From: Acidimicrobiia bacterium
Lineage (GTDB): Bacteria; Actinomycetota; Acidimicrobiia; Spongiisociales; ZC4RG35
NCBI GenBank assembly: GCA_965203555.1
Contig: CBDBCY010000004.1
Coordinates: 96,001-160,000 of the forward strand
Length of the DNA: 64,000 bases
Direction of reading: 5' to 3'
In this document: positions 19,190 to 27,415 of the stretch, one piece after another
Layout: each line of letters begins with the position of its first letter
How positions within the stretch are numbered: the stretch's first letter is position 1
Position numbers and translations under genes: made by a program
The notes under the pieces: model-generated
What the model was told of the DNA's origin: nothing
Seen by the model: only the letters and a program-made list of their open reading frames with translations
The model's database searches: none

Positions 19190-20785
19190 TCATGAGACGA
19201 GCACTCCCGGGTTGAGGATTCCCTTCGGGTCAAGATGTTCTTTCGCCCGGGTCAGGACGTCGCCGAACAGTTCGGGACGTTGCTTCTCGTACCAAGGCTG
19301 GTGATCGCGTCCGACAGCGTGGTGATGAGTGATCGTCCCGCCGTGGTAAATCACCGCGTCGGATACGGCTCGTTTCATCTCCCACCACTGCTTGAGCATG
19401 GAGTTGGGATCCGCGGCGCAGTGGAAGGCGAAGTAGGGGGCTGGGCCGTCGGGGTATGAGTGGCTGAACCGGCAGGAGACGGCGCCTTCCGTGCCCGTGA
19501 CCTCCCGGATAGCCTGCGTGGTGGCCTCTCTTACACCGTGGTAGAAAGACTCGAAGCGGTCCCATGTAATGGCCGACTCGAAGGTGTCGGAGATGATCCC
19601 CAGAGGGGTGAGGACTTCCCGGTTGTAGGGCATCCTGATGAAGGCGTCACGCCAGGCGCCGACCGCTCCCTGCAGATGAGCGTCCGGATTGGTCCGCCAA
19701 TCGACATCTGGCGCCCCGCCGTGATCCAGGGCGCACTCTTCGGCCCGGTCCATCCACGCGTCGACCGGGTGGTCGGCTGACTCGAAGGAAACCACCAGCA
19801 GGGTGAACGAACCGTCCCCGGCGCCGTTGACCTGTAGTTCCACCCCGTCGACGATGCGCACGTTGGCCGGGAACAGACCTGCCTGCGAGATGGCTCGCAC
19901 CGCGCCGGCAGCCTGGATGAAGTCCGGGAACCGGAATCCGGCGGTGGCTTTGAACCGGACCCGGCCCTGCAGTCGCACCCAGGCCTCGGTGATGATCCCC
20001 AATGCCCCTTCGGAGCCGATCATGAGCCGGTCCGGGCTGGGACCGGCGCCCGAGCCCGGCAGGCGTCGCGACTCCATCCTTCCGGCCGGAGTAACCATGG
20101 AGACGCTTTCAACCAGGTCGTCAATGTGGGTGTACAGAGTGGCGAAGTGCCCCCCGGAGCGGGTGGCTATCCATCCTCCCAGGGTAGAAAGCTGGAATGA
20201 CTGGGGGAAGTGCCGAAGCGTCATGCCGTGAGGCTTCAGACCGGCTTCCAGTTCCGGGCCGCGCGCTCCGCCCTGGATGCGCGCCGCACGGGAGACGGGA
20301 TCGACCTCCAAGACCCGGTTCATCCGGGTCATGTCCATGATCACGGTTCCGGCGTAACCGTCCCCGACATCGGGAGTGACCCCGCCGACCACCGATGACC
20401 CGCCCCCGAATGGAATCAGCGCGGCGCCCACCTCGCCCGCCCATTCCAACACGGCCACCACCTCGGCTTCATCGGTAGGGTATGCCACCACGTCCGGGGC
20501 ATGCGCGAAGTCACGGGCGAAGATGCGGATCGAATCGGGCTGGGATTCTCCGAAACTGTGGAGGACTCGCTCGTAAGGCGCCCGGGTGCATATCGACGAG
20601 AGACTTTCCGGCGGATCAAGGCGTGGCTCGGCAAGAGAGATCTCTCCGAGAGAGGGCGTTTTTACCTGGCCGGCGCCGCGGATTGCGAACTGGTCGGCGA
20701 GAGTGGAGAGCACCCCCTCCCTTTCGCGGGTGGACAAGCCATCTCCTTCGTACCCCCAACCCCAGAACTTCACCCGCCTTGACAT
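19190..20785 (-). CDS. FAD-binding oxidoreductase (alkyl-DHAP-synthase-like, VAO/PCMH family)
   Basis: PFGGGSSVVGG, HFPQSF, TLGGWIATR, GSEG, THHHAVG, LNPG. Confidence 0.9.
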   Translation of the reverse strand: MSRRVKFWGWGYEGDGLSTREREGVLSTLADQFAIRGAGQVKTPSLGEISLAEPRLDPPESLSSICTRAPYERVLHSFGESQPDSIRIFARDFAHAPDVVAYPTDEAEVVAVLEWAGEVGAALIPFGGGSSVVGGVTPDVGDGYAGTVIMDMTRMNRVLEVDPVSRAARIQGGARGPELEAGLKPHGMTLRHFPQSFQLSTLGGWIATRSGGHFATLYTHIDDLVESVSMVTPAGRMESRRLPGSGAGPSPDRLMIGSEGALGIITEAWVRLQGRVRFKATAGFRFPDFIQAAGAVRAISQAGLFPANVRIVDGVELQVNGAGDGSFTLLVVSFESADHPVDAWMDRAEECALDHGGAPDVDWRTNPDAHLQGAVGAWRDAFIRMPYNREVLTPLGIISDTFESAITWDRFESFYHGVREATTQAIREVTGTEGAVSCRFSHSYPDGPAPYFAFHCAADPNSMLKQWWEMKRAVSDAVIYHGGTITHHHAVGRDHQPWYEKQRPELFGDVLTRAKEHLDPKGILNPGVLVS

Positions 20786-20923
20786 GAATCCGACCTTCCG
20801 GCTCGAGAAGCCTTACCGGCAGATATCCTACCGAACGGTCGCCACGGCGGCCCATGGGTGGCCGGCGCCGGGAGGTGCAGGCGATACAGCCCGCGGTTTG
20901 CTGACCGGTAACCTTCCCTCTCT

Positions 20924-23347
20924 ATGGAATACGACGTGGCGGCGGTCGAGGCGAAGTGGCAGGACTACTGGGAACGGGAGAAGACCTTTTACACCACCGA
21001 GGACACCCGGCGGCCCAAGTACTACAACCTGCAGATGTACCCCTATCCATCGGGTGATCTGCACATGGGGCACCTGCGCAACTACACCTACGTCGACCTG
21101 CTCACCCGCTACCGCCGGATGCAGGGCTACAACGTGTTGTCTCCCATGGGATGGGACTCCTTCGGCCTCCCCGCCGAGAATGCCGCCATCGCCACCGGTA
21201 TCCATCCCCGCGAGTTCACCGAACGTCAGATAGTCAGGATGAAATCCCAGCTTCGGCGGCTGGGAGCGGTCTACGACTGGAGCAGGGAACTGGCCTGTCA
21301 CACCCCCGAGTACTACAAGTGGGACCAGTGGCTGTTCCTGAAGTTGTACGAGCAGGGACTGGCCTACAAGTCTCGCTCGGCGGTGAACTGGTGCGAGCAG
21401 GACCAAACCGTGCTGGCCAACGAGCAGGTGGTGAACGGCGCCTGCGAGCGATGCAATTCGCTGGTCACCCGCCGTGACCTTTCGCAGTGGCACTTCCGCA
21501 TCACCAAGTACGCGGATCGACTCCTTGATGACTTGGAGGGTCTGGACTGGCCGGAGCGGGTCAAGACCATGCAGGAAAACTGGATCGGGCGCTCGGAAGG
21601 ATGTGATTTCAAGATCCGGGTGGCCGACGGAGAGGGCGAATTCGAGGTCTACACCACCCGGCCCGACACCATCTACGGGATGACGTTCGCGGTGCTGGCG
21701 CCGGAGCACCCTCTGGTGGGGAAACTGGTGGCCGACACCGACTACGAAGAGAGCATCCGGGCCTATGTGGAGCGGGTGTCTGCGGCCAGCGAACTGGAGA
21801 GGATGGCCACCGGCGAGAAGTCTGGAATCTTCATCGGACGGTACTGCATCAACCCCGTGAACGGCAAGCGGGTGCCCCTTTACATCGCCGACTACGTCCT
21901 GATGGGATACGGGACCGGGGCGATCATGGGTGTGCCCGGGGAGGATCAGCGGGACTGGGACTTCGCCGCCCAGCGAGGTCTGGAGATCATTCGCACCGTG
22001 CAGCCTCCCCCCGGGTTTGAAGGAGAGGCCTACACGGGTGAAGGGGTGGCCGTCAACTCGGACTTTCTGAACGGCCTGCGGACCCCCGCCGCCAAGAGGA
22101 GAATCATTGGCTGGCTGGAGAAGCGGGGAATCGGCCGTCGGGCGGTGAAATATCGACTCCGCGACTGGCTGGTGTCCCGGCAGCGCTACTGGGGTTGTCC
22201 CATTCCCATGATCAACTGCGACTTATGCGGTCTGGTGCCGGTTCCTGAAGAAGATTTACCGGTGATCCATCCTGACGTCGAGGAGTACCGGCCGCGGGGG
22301 CAGTCTCCGCTGGCCTTGGCCACCGACTGGGTGGAAGCGGGCTGTCCCCGCTGCGGTGCGCCGGGATCGAGGGAGACCGACACTATGGACACGTTTGTGG
22401 ATTCGTCATGGTATTTCCTCCGCTACTGCGACGCTCACAACTCCGAGCGAATATTCGACGACCAAAAGGTGAACTACTGGATGGCGGTCGATCAGTACAT
22501 CGGCGGAGTGGAGCATGCGGTTCTTCACCTGCTCTATGCCCGGTTCATCACCAAGGTCCTGTATGACCTGGGCTACAGCCCGGCCGAGGAACCTTTCACC
22601 CGCCTGTTCACCCAGGGAATGCTGGTGAAAGACGGCGCCAAGATGTCAAAGTCAAAAGGCAACGTGGTTACTCCCGAGCCATATTACGAGCGGTACGGCG
22701 CCGATGCCATCCGGCTGTATGAGTTGTTCATCGGACCCCCCACCGACGATGCGGTATGGATCGACGGGGGAGTGGAAGGCACCGCTCGTTTCCTGGATCG
22801 GGTGTGGCGACTGGGGATGGGAGAGGTCGGTTCGGTTACCGACCGGGCAATGAATCGGCGGGACAAGGCCATTTTGGGTGTGGCGCACCGCGCTTTGCGC
22901 AAGGTCACCTCCGACATCGACCGGTTCCATTTCAACACGGTCGTTTCCACGCTGATGGCGTTGATCAACGAGATGATCGCCTACCTGCGGGGAGGGGGGA
23001 GCGCCGCAACCTTCCGGGAGATTTATCGGATGCTTCTCCTGATGCTGGGGCCCCTGGCGCCGCATGTCTCCCATGAGCTGTGGGAACGCTTGGAATACGG
23101 GGGGATCCTGGCCACCCAGGCATGGCCGCAGTGGGACGAGGAGATCGCCCGGGAGGAGACCGTGGTGATGGTCCTTCAGGTCAACGGCAAGGTGCGGGAC
23201 CGGGCGGAGGTGCCGGTGGATATCGATGACGCATCCGCCGAACTGGTGGCCCTCCGCTCGGAGAGAATGCAACGCTGGCTGGAAGGGGGACGGATCGTCC
23301 GGGTGGTCGTCCGCGCGCCCCGGATCGTCAACGTGGTGGTGCGTTAG
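20924..23347 (+). CDS. leuS: Leucine--tRNA ligase
   Basis: PYPSGDLHMGH, KMSKS, TTRPDT, C-terminal QVNGKVR. Confidence 0.98.
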   Translation: MEYDVAAVEAKWQDYWEREKTFYTTEDTRRPKYYNLQMYPYPSGDLHMGHLRNYTYVDLLTRYRRMQGYNVLSPMGWDSFGLPAENAAIATGIHPREFTERQIVRMKSQLRRLGAVYDWSRELACHTPEYYKWDQWLFLKLYEQGLAYKSRSAVNWCEQDQTVLANEQVVNGACERCNSLVTRRDLSQWHFRITKYADRLLDDLEGLDWPERVKTMQENWIGRSEGCDFKIRVADGEGEFEVYTTRPDTIYGMTFAVLAPEHPLVGKLVADTDYEESIRAYVERVSAASELERMATGEKSGIFIGRYCINPVNGKRVPLYIADYVLMGYGTGAIMGVPGEDQRDWDFAAQRGLEIIRTVQPPPGFEGEAYTGEGVAVNSDFLNGLRTPAAKRRIIGWLEKRGIGRRAVKYRLRDWLVSRQRYWGCPIPMINCDLCGLVPVPEEDLPVIHPDVEEYRPRGQSPLALATDWVEAGCPRCGAPGSRETDTMDTFVDSSWYFLRYCDAHNSERIFDDQKVNYWMAVDQYIGGVEHAVLHLLYARFITKVLYDLGYSPAEEPFTRLFTQGMLVKDGAKMSKSKGNVVTPEPYYERYGADAIRLYELFIGPPTDDAVWIDGGVEGTARFLDRVWRLGMGEVGSVTDRAMNRRDKAILGVAHRALRKVTSDIDRFHFNTVVSTLMALINEMIAYLRGGGSAATFREIYRMLLLMLGPLAPHVSHELWERLEYGGILATQAWPQWDEEIAREETVVMVLQVNGKVRDRAEVPVDIDDASAELVALRSERMQRWLEGGRIVRVVVRAPRIVNVVVR

Positions 23348-23350
23348 CAG

Positions 23351-23375
23351 AAGGCAGACGCCTCCGGCCTGCCTT
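23351..23375 (+). terminator. Stem-loop downstream of leuS
   Basis: AAGGCAG...CTGCCTT inverted repeat immediately after the stop; no U-tract. Confidence 0.4.
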
Positions 23376-23565
23376 GGCGCGCTGAACCCGGGCCTATGAG
23401 AGGCCTTCCGGTCTCTTGGAGTCCGCAGGGACAGCGCATCCGACCTTCCCGGTTCTCACAGATAAAACGGCTGGGACGGCACGACTATCGACGATGGATG
23501 GATGTGAGGCCTCTGCGAAAGCGGTGTGAGGTGCTGTTTGTGGGTTTCCCGGCCCGGCGAATCAG

Positions 23566-23970
23566 TCAGGGGGCTGGTGGCAGCAGCGTGGCTTCCTCGA
23601 AACTCGCCAGCTTGCGATCGAAAGTGTACAGAGCACCTGCCCCGGTTCGCCGGGCAGCCGCCAAGATCATCATGTCCGCAAAGTCGATCTCACCCCGGCG
23701 GTAACCGGGTAGAACTCTCATGACATCGTCAGATGCTTCGATCACCAGGGAGGCAGCGAGAATCAGATTCTCCAGGATGTTCGCGACCTGATGTCTGGAC
23801 AGGCGGTAGGATCGCTCCAGCACCCAGGCCGTCTCGACCAGTACCTCTCGGCAGATGAAGCCCGGGTTGACGGGTGTCAGTGACTCCAGCAGGACGGCAG
23901 CGGCTTCGGCCTGCTCAGGATCATCCCATACCGCATAGCGGATAAGCACGTTGGTATCGAGAGCGATCAA
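23566..23970 (-). CDS. vapC: VapC family PIN toxin
   Basis: MIALDTNVL, E in VLVE, DFAD, TFDRK; ATGA-type overlap with the antitoxin. Confidence 0.92.
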   Translation of the reverse strand: MIALDTNVLIRYAVWDDPEQAEAAAVLLESLTPVNPGFICREVLVETAWVLERSYRLSRHQVANILENLILAASLVIEASDDVMRVLPGYRRGEIDFADMMILAAARRTGAGALYTFDRKLASFEEATLLPPAP

Positions 23971-24233
23971 GCCCCATCGTCCAATGCGCCATGACTGCCT
24001 GCGCTTGCGATGGCGCCCTGTGCTATCGCCTCGTCCATTTTCTCCAGGGTTATGGCGGGACCGTCATATTCCACAATTCCCCGGAGGCTGCTGATTGGTT
24101 GCAGTGCTCTCATTCGCACCTCCCCGTCGGAGATCAAATATGCGACCTTGTCTCCGGGCTGTAAACCGAGCACCTCTCTGACAGCCTTAGGCACAGTGGT
24201 CTGACCCTTGGCGGTGATCCGAGATTGAATCAT
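23967..24233 (-). CDS. AbrB/MazE-family antitoxin
   Basis: ITAKGQTTVPKAVREVLGLQPGD; GGAGG RBS before ATG 24233. Confidence 0.92.
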   Translation of the reverse strand: MIQSRITAKGQTTVPKAVREVLGLQPGDKVAYLISDGEVRMRALQPISSLRGIVEYDGPAITLEKMDEAIAQGAIASAGSHGALDDGA

Positions 24234-24265
24234 GTCTGCAACCTCCATTGTCCGCTCTCAACTGT

Positions 24266-24310
24266 CCTTACTTTCTTGAGTATAGAAGGTTAATGGCGTT
24301 AGATGTAAGG
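24266..24310 (-). promoter_or_regulatory. vapBC promoter/operator
   Basis: CCTTAC (24266) ... GTAAGG (24305) inverted repeat flanking a TATACT -10 on the minus strand (24279-24284). Confidence 0.5.
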
Positions 24311-24355
24311 CAACTCTGGAATCTGGGGTTGCGGGATGAGGTTGCTCGCCATCAT

Positions 24356-24757
24356 CTAGGAAGATCTCAGGAGACGTCGACCCTCAGCAATGAACAGGAC
24401 GGGCATAACCGAGTCGATCACATGCCAGATGGTCCATGCGGCGGCCTCGTTGACGTGCTGTGTGAAAGCCTCCCCGAACCAGTTGGGAAAGAAAGCGAGC
24501 GCCAGGATGGCGGTGCCGTAGAACATCACGTCGGCAGTGGAACAGCAGGAGTCGCTATCTGCCTTGCCCATCTGCCTGCGTTGGTTGGTGGTGTACAACG
24601 ACAACACCAGGCCCAGGGCCATGAACCAGTCGAGCACCAGCCAGATCGCGATGCCGGCATCCGTGTTGTTCCCATAGAGCGGATACAGCACGAACTGAAC
24701 AGCCACCGCGGCACCCACCACCACCAGGTAGATGCCGATTAAACGATTCTTTCCCAT
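24356..24757 (-). CDS. Small integral membrane protein (~4 TM)
   Basis: Four hydrophobic segments; AGGAGGAG RBS before ATG 24757. Confidence 0.75.
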   Translation of the reverse strand: MGKNRLIGIYLVVVGAAVAVQFVLYPLYGNNTDAGIAIWLVLDWFMALGLVLSLYTTNQRRQMGKADSDSCCSTADVMFYGTAILALAFFPNWFGEAFTQHVNEAAAWTIWHVIDSVMPVLFIAEGRRLLRSS

Positions 24758-24910
24758 TATTATCTCCTCCTTCACCGCTGGCTTTGGGATTCGGGGTGCC
24801 CGCCAGCTGGCCTCTGTTGGTCTTCCAATAGAACTTTAGGGCTGATAGCAGTCGGTCGGCCGTCATCTTCTGCAAGGGAAGGGACAGCCCCCGCTACTAC
24901 TCTCCCCACC

Positions 24911-25546
24911 ATGATTGATGCGGTGACGGAGGCCCGTCAACTAATCAGGATCGTGGCTGGTGATTCAGGTTTGCCTCGGTACATACGTGTTGAGGCGCGT
25001 TCTCTGAATGTGGCGGCTGCAACCAAGCCTGGCTGGGTTTGTGATCGTCTTGAGGAGTTGCGTCAAAGCGTCATTCCGGATCTGCCGGTTGCGATACCTG
25101 AAGTCGACTATGCCCGTTGCGTCGCGGTCGAGGTGTTTTGGCGTCACTACATCCGGCCTGCCAGGCAAGCCTTCTTTGATACCGCCAATGACTACCTTCG
25201 CTACCTCGAAGCGACGGATGATCCGGCAGGTGTGGCGGCTGGCGACTTGCTCCAAGGGATCCTTGTTCGGTCCGCTCACTCCTGGCTGGTGCCCACTGAA
25301 CTGATCGTCGGTTTGGATGGTGCCGCTACCAAGGCCCGGTTGAGGATCGCCCATGGACCGCCGTACATCGTGATGCTTTTCTCTGTCGAGAGAATGGTGA
25401 GGTCAGGGGTGAAGATACGCGAGCCACGCGGCACAGATGCCGTGCCGGGTCGCTTGGTGCAGTGGTGGTCTGGAGATGTGCCGGGAGAGCGTATTGATCA
25501 GGACATTCCAACTGCCGCTCTCGAAGGTCTGGAGTGGCGACGGTGA
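24911..25546 (+). CDS. Hypothetical protein, possible ADP-ribosyltransferase/RES-like fold
   Basis: 211 aa ORF; TACTCT -10 seven nt before ATG (leaderless); GTGA overlap with next gene; fold is inference only. Confidence 0.65.
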   Translation: MIDAVTEARQLIRIVAGDSGLPRYIRVEARSLNVAAATKPGWVCDRLEELRQSVIPDLPVAIPEVDYARCVAVEVFWRHYIRPARQAFFDTANDYLRYLEATDDPAGVAAGDLLQGILVRSAHSWLVPTELIVGLDGAATKARLRIAHGPPYIVMLFSVERMVRSGVKIREPRGTDAVPGRLVQWWSGDVPGERIDQDIPTAALEGLEWRR

Positions 25547-26976
25547 ATCAGCCTTCTCCAGGTTTGTACGCGGCGGTGCTTCATGCTCTGAGCGGTACCG
25601 ATCCTCATTCGCGGCCCTTGGATTCGACCATAACTGAGCTGGCCGACGGGCTTACGTCCGCCCATGCCGCGGGTTTGCCCCAGGCTGTGGAGGAGGTGCT
25701 GCCCCTCTTACGGGGGGATCCTGAGCGGTTGCGTTTTGCCGTCGAGATGGCGTTGCGCCTCGGGGTCTTCGAGGTTGCCGGAGCGGTGACCGACCTGGCC
25801 TTGGCCACCGGCGACCGAAGATTGCTGCTGAACGCGGCGAGTCTGTGCGGAAATCCCGCGGTCGCCGACTCGATCAGGGCGCGGGTAGCCCTAATGGTGG
25901 GCGACGACCCGCCGGGCCGGATCAGGCTCGACCCTGATACCGTGCCGTCCACCACCGACGAGAAGCGGCTGTACTTGCAGTGCTGGCCCGGTGCCCGCCA
26001 CGAGGACGTCCCCTTGGCGCCGGTGGTGGTGCTGGACAGCAACTTCGACTCCCTCCGTCTGTTTAAGCTGGCCGTCAGCCTGGATCGAGTGGGCGCCGCT
26101 ATTCGGCGGTTGGCCCCTAATACCGAGGTACCGTTGTGGTTCGGATACCAGACCGTGCTGGTGTGCCGGCCGCAGACTCGAAGTCGGGTGCTGAGCAGCT
26201 ATCCGCGTTTTTCCGAAGATCAGATTCTGGTCGAGGACTCTCTTCCCGAAGACTCCCGACAACGAAACGTGCTGCTCCGCAAGGTGAACGCGGCCTTGCC
26301 CGGCTCGCAGAAACTCCGCCTCGCCCGTGCACCGATAGAAGTTGCGAAGAGTCTGTGGGAACCGGAGGTCTTCACAGCGGGGGTGTACAAGACGAGCGAA
26401 ACGGCTTTCCTGTCAGGAACCAAGGCTTCGTCGATGCACTACCTGCGAAGGCGCGGGTTGATTGCACCGATGCCTTCAAGAGAGATCCGCTGGACATTCA
26501 GCCATTTGGTGGCTGTTCGCACATGGTCATACCTGCAATGGTGTTCCCCGAGAAGGGTTTCCAGCCGTGTCGTCCCGGCTCTGGCTCGATTCGCGGGCGA
26601 CTCGGAGGCGGTCAAGCTCGGCGTTATGTCTGACGGCGCGGTGTTGGTGGATCGAGGAGATGGATGGTGCGACGTCGAAACCGGTCAAATCCAGATACGT
26701 ATGGACATAACCGACATTGACGATGTGTTCCAGCCTTTCGACTACGGTGGGGGGAGGGTTTTGCCGTTGCCGGTTGTAAGCGATAACACCCGGCTCCATC
26801 CGGCGTTGCTTCACGGGACTCCCCATCTCAAGGGCCACCGCATCAGTGCTAAAGCCTTGGCAAGTTTGCATGAACGCGACGGGGACAAGGCGATCATATC
26901 GGCGTATCCCGAGTTGGAGGGTCTCGCTTTCGACGACACGGTAAGAATTGGATACCGGCTTCAGGGAGCTGTTTAA
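25543..26976 (+). CDS. Extended HTH-DUF433 (VapB45-like) protein with large N-terminal extension
   Basis: C-terminal HPALLHGTPHLKGHRI...AYPEL (DUF433) preceded by a MerR-like HTH (YKTSETAFLSG...RRRGLIAP...WTFSHLV). Confidence 0.75.
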   Translation: MNQPSPGLYAAVLHALSGTDPHSRPLDSTITELADGLTSAHAAGLPQAVEEVLPLLRGDPERLRFAVEMALRLGVFEVAGAVTDLALATGDRRLLLNAASLCGNPAVADSIRARVALMVGDDPPGRIRLDPDTVPSTTDEKRLYLQCWPGARHEDVPLAPVVVLDSNFDSLRLFKLAVSLDRVGAAIRRLAPNTEVPLWFGYQTVLVCRPQTRSRVLSSYPRFSEDQILVEDSLPEDSRQRNVLLRKVNAALPGSQKLRLARAPIEVAKSLWEPEVFTAGVYKTSETAFLSGTKASSMHYLRRRGLIAPMPSREIRWTFSHLVAVRTWSYLQWCSPRRVSSRVVPALARFAGDSEAVKLGVMSDGAVLVDRGDGWCDVETGQIQIRMDITDIDDVFQPFDYGGGRVLPLPVVSDNTRLHPALLHGTPHLKGHRISAKALASLHERDGDKAIISAYPELEGLAFDDTVRIGYRLQGAV

Positions 26977-26978
26977 TC

Positions 26979-27329
26979 ATGAAACTGCTGTACGACGCCG
27001 TTTTTCCGCGCAGTCTCGCTGAAGAGACTCGACACGGGATGGAGTTGATCCGTTGGGACGAAGGCGAGGAAAGTGATGCGGCACTCGTTGCGCTGGCCGC
27101 CGATCGCGGTTACCGCGGGGTCATATTCTTCGAACGGGATTCGCTGGAACAGCCTGAACTGCGGGAGATTGCTCGTGAGTACGGCGTGGCTCTGGTGGGT
27201 GTCGAGGCAGGTGATCCTTTCGAGGCCAAGCAGCGAATAGTGAATAACCTTCTCCGCATACGATCGGCGCTGGGCAGCCACGACTGCATTCTTGTGATGT
27301 CCCGGTCGGCAGACCCCTTTCCGGGATAG
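26979..27329 (+). CDS. Degenerate PIN-like protein (DUF5615/VapC45-like)
   Basis: MKLLYDAVFP, SDAALVALAADRGY, VIFFERD pattern; 2 nt after the DUF433 gene. Confidence 0.65.
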   Translation: MKLLYDAVFPRSLAEETRHGMELIRWDEGEESDAALVALAADRGYRGVIFFERDSLEQPELREIAREYGVALVGVEAGDPFEAKQRIVNNLLRIRSALGSHDCILVMSRSADPFPG

Positions 27330-27415
27330 CCGTTTCCTTTGCTACACAGGGCGGAACCGACTACGTGCACAACTGAACCCCGTGAGTCCAAAATAAGGCG
27401 CCTGAGGATGGGCCG

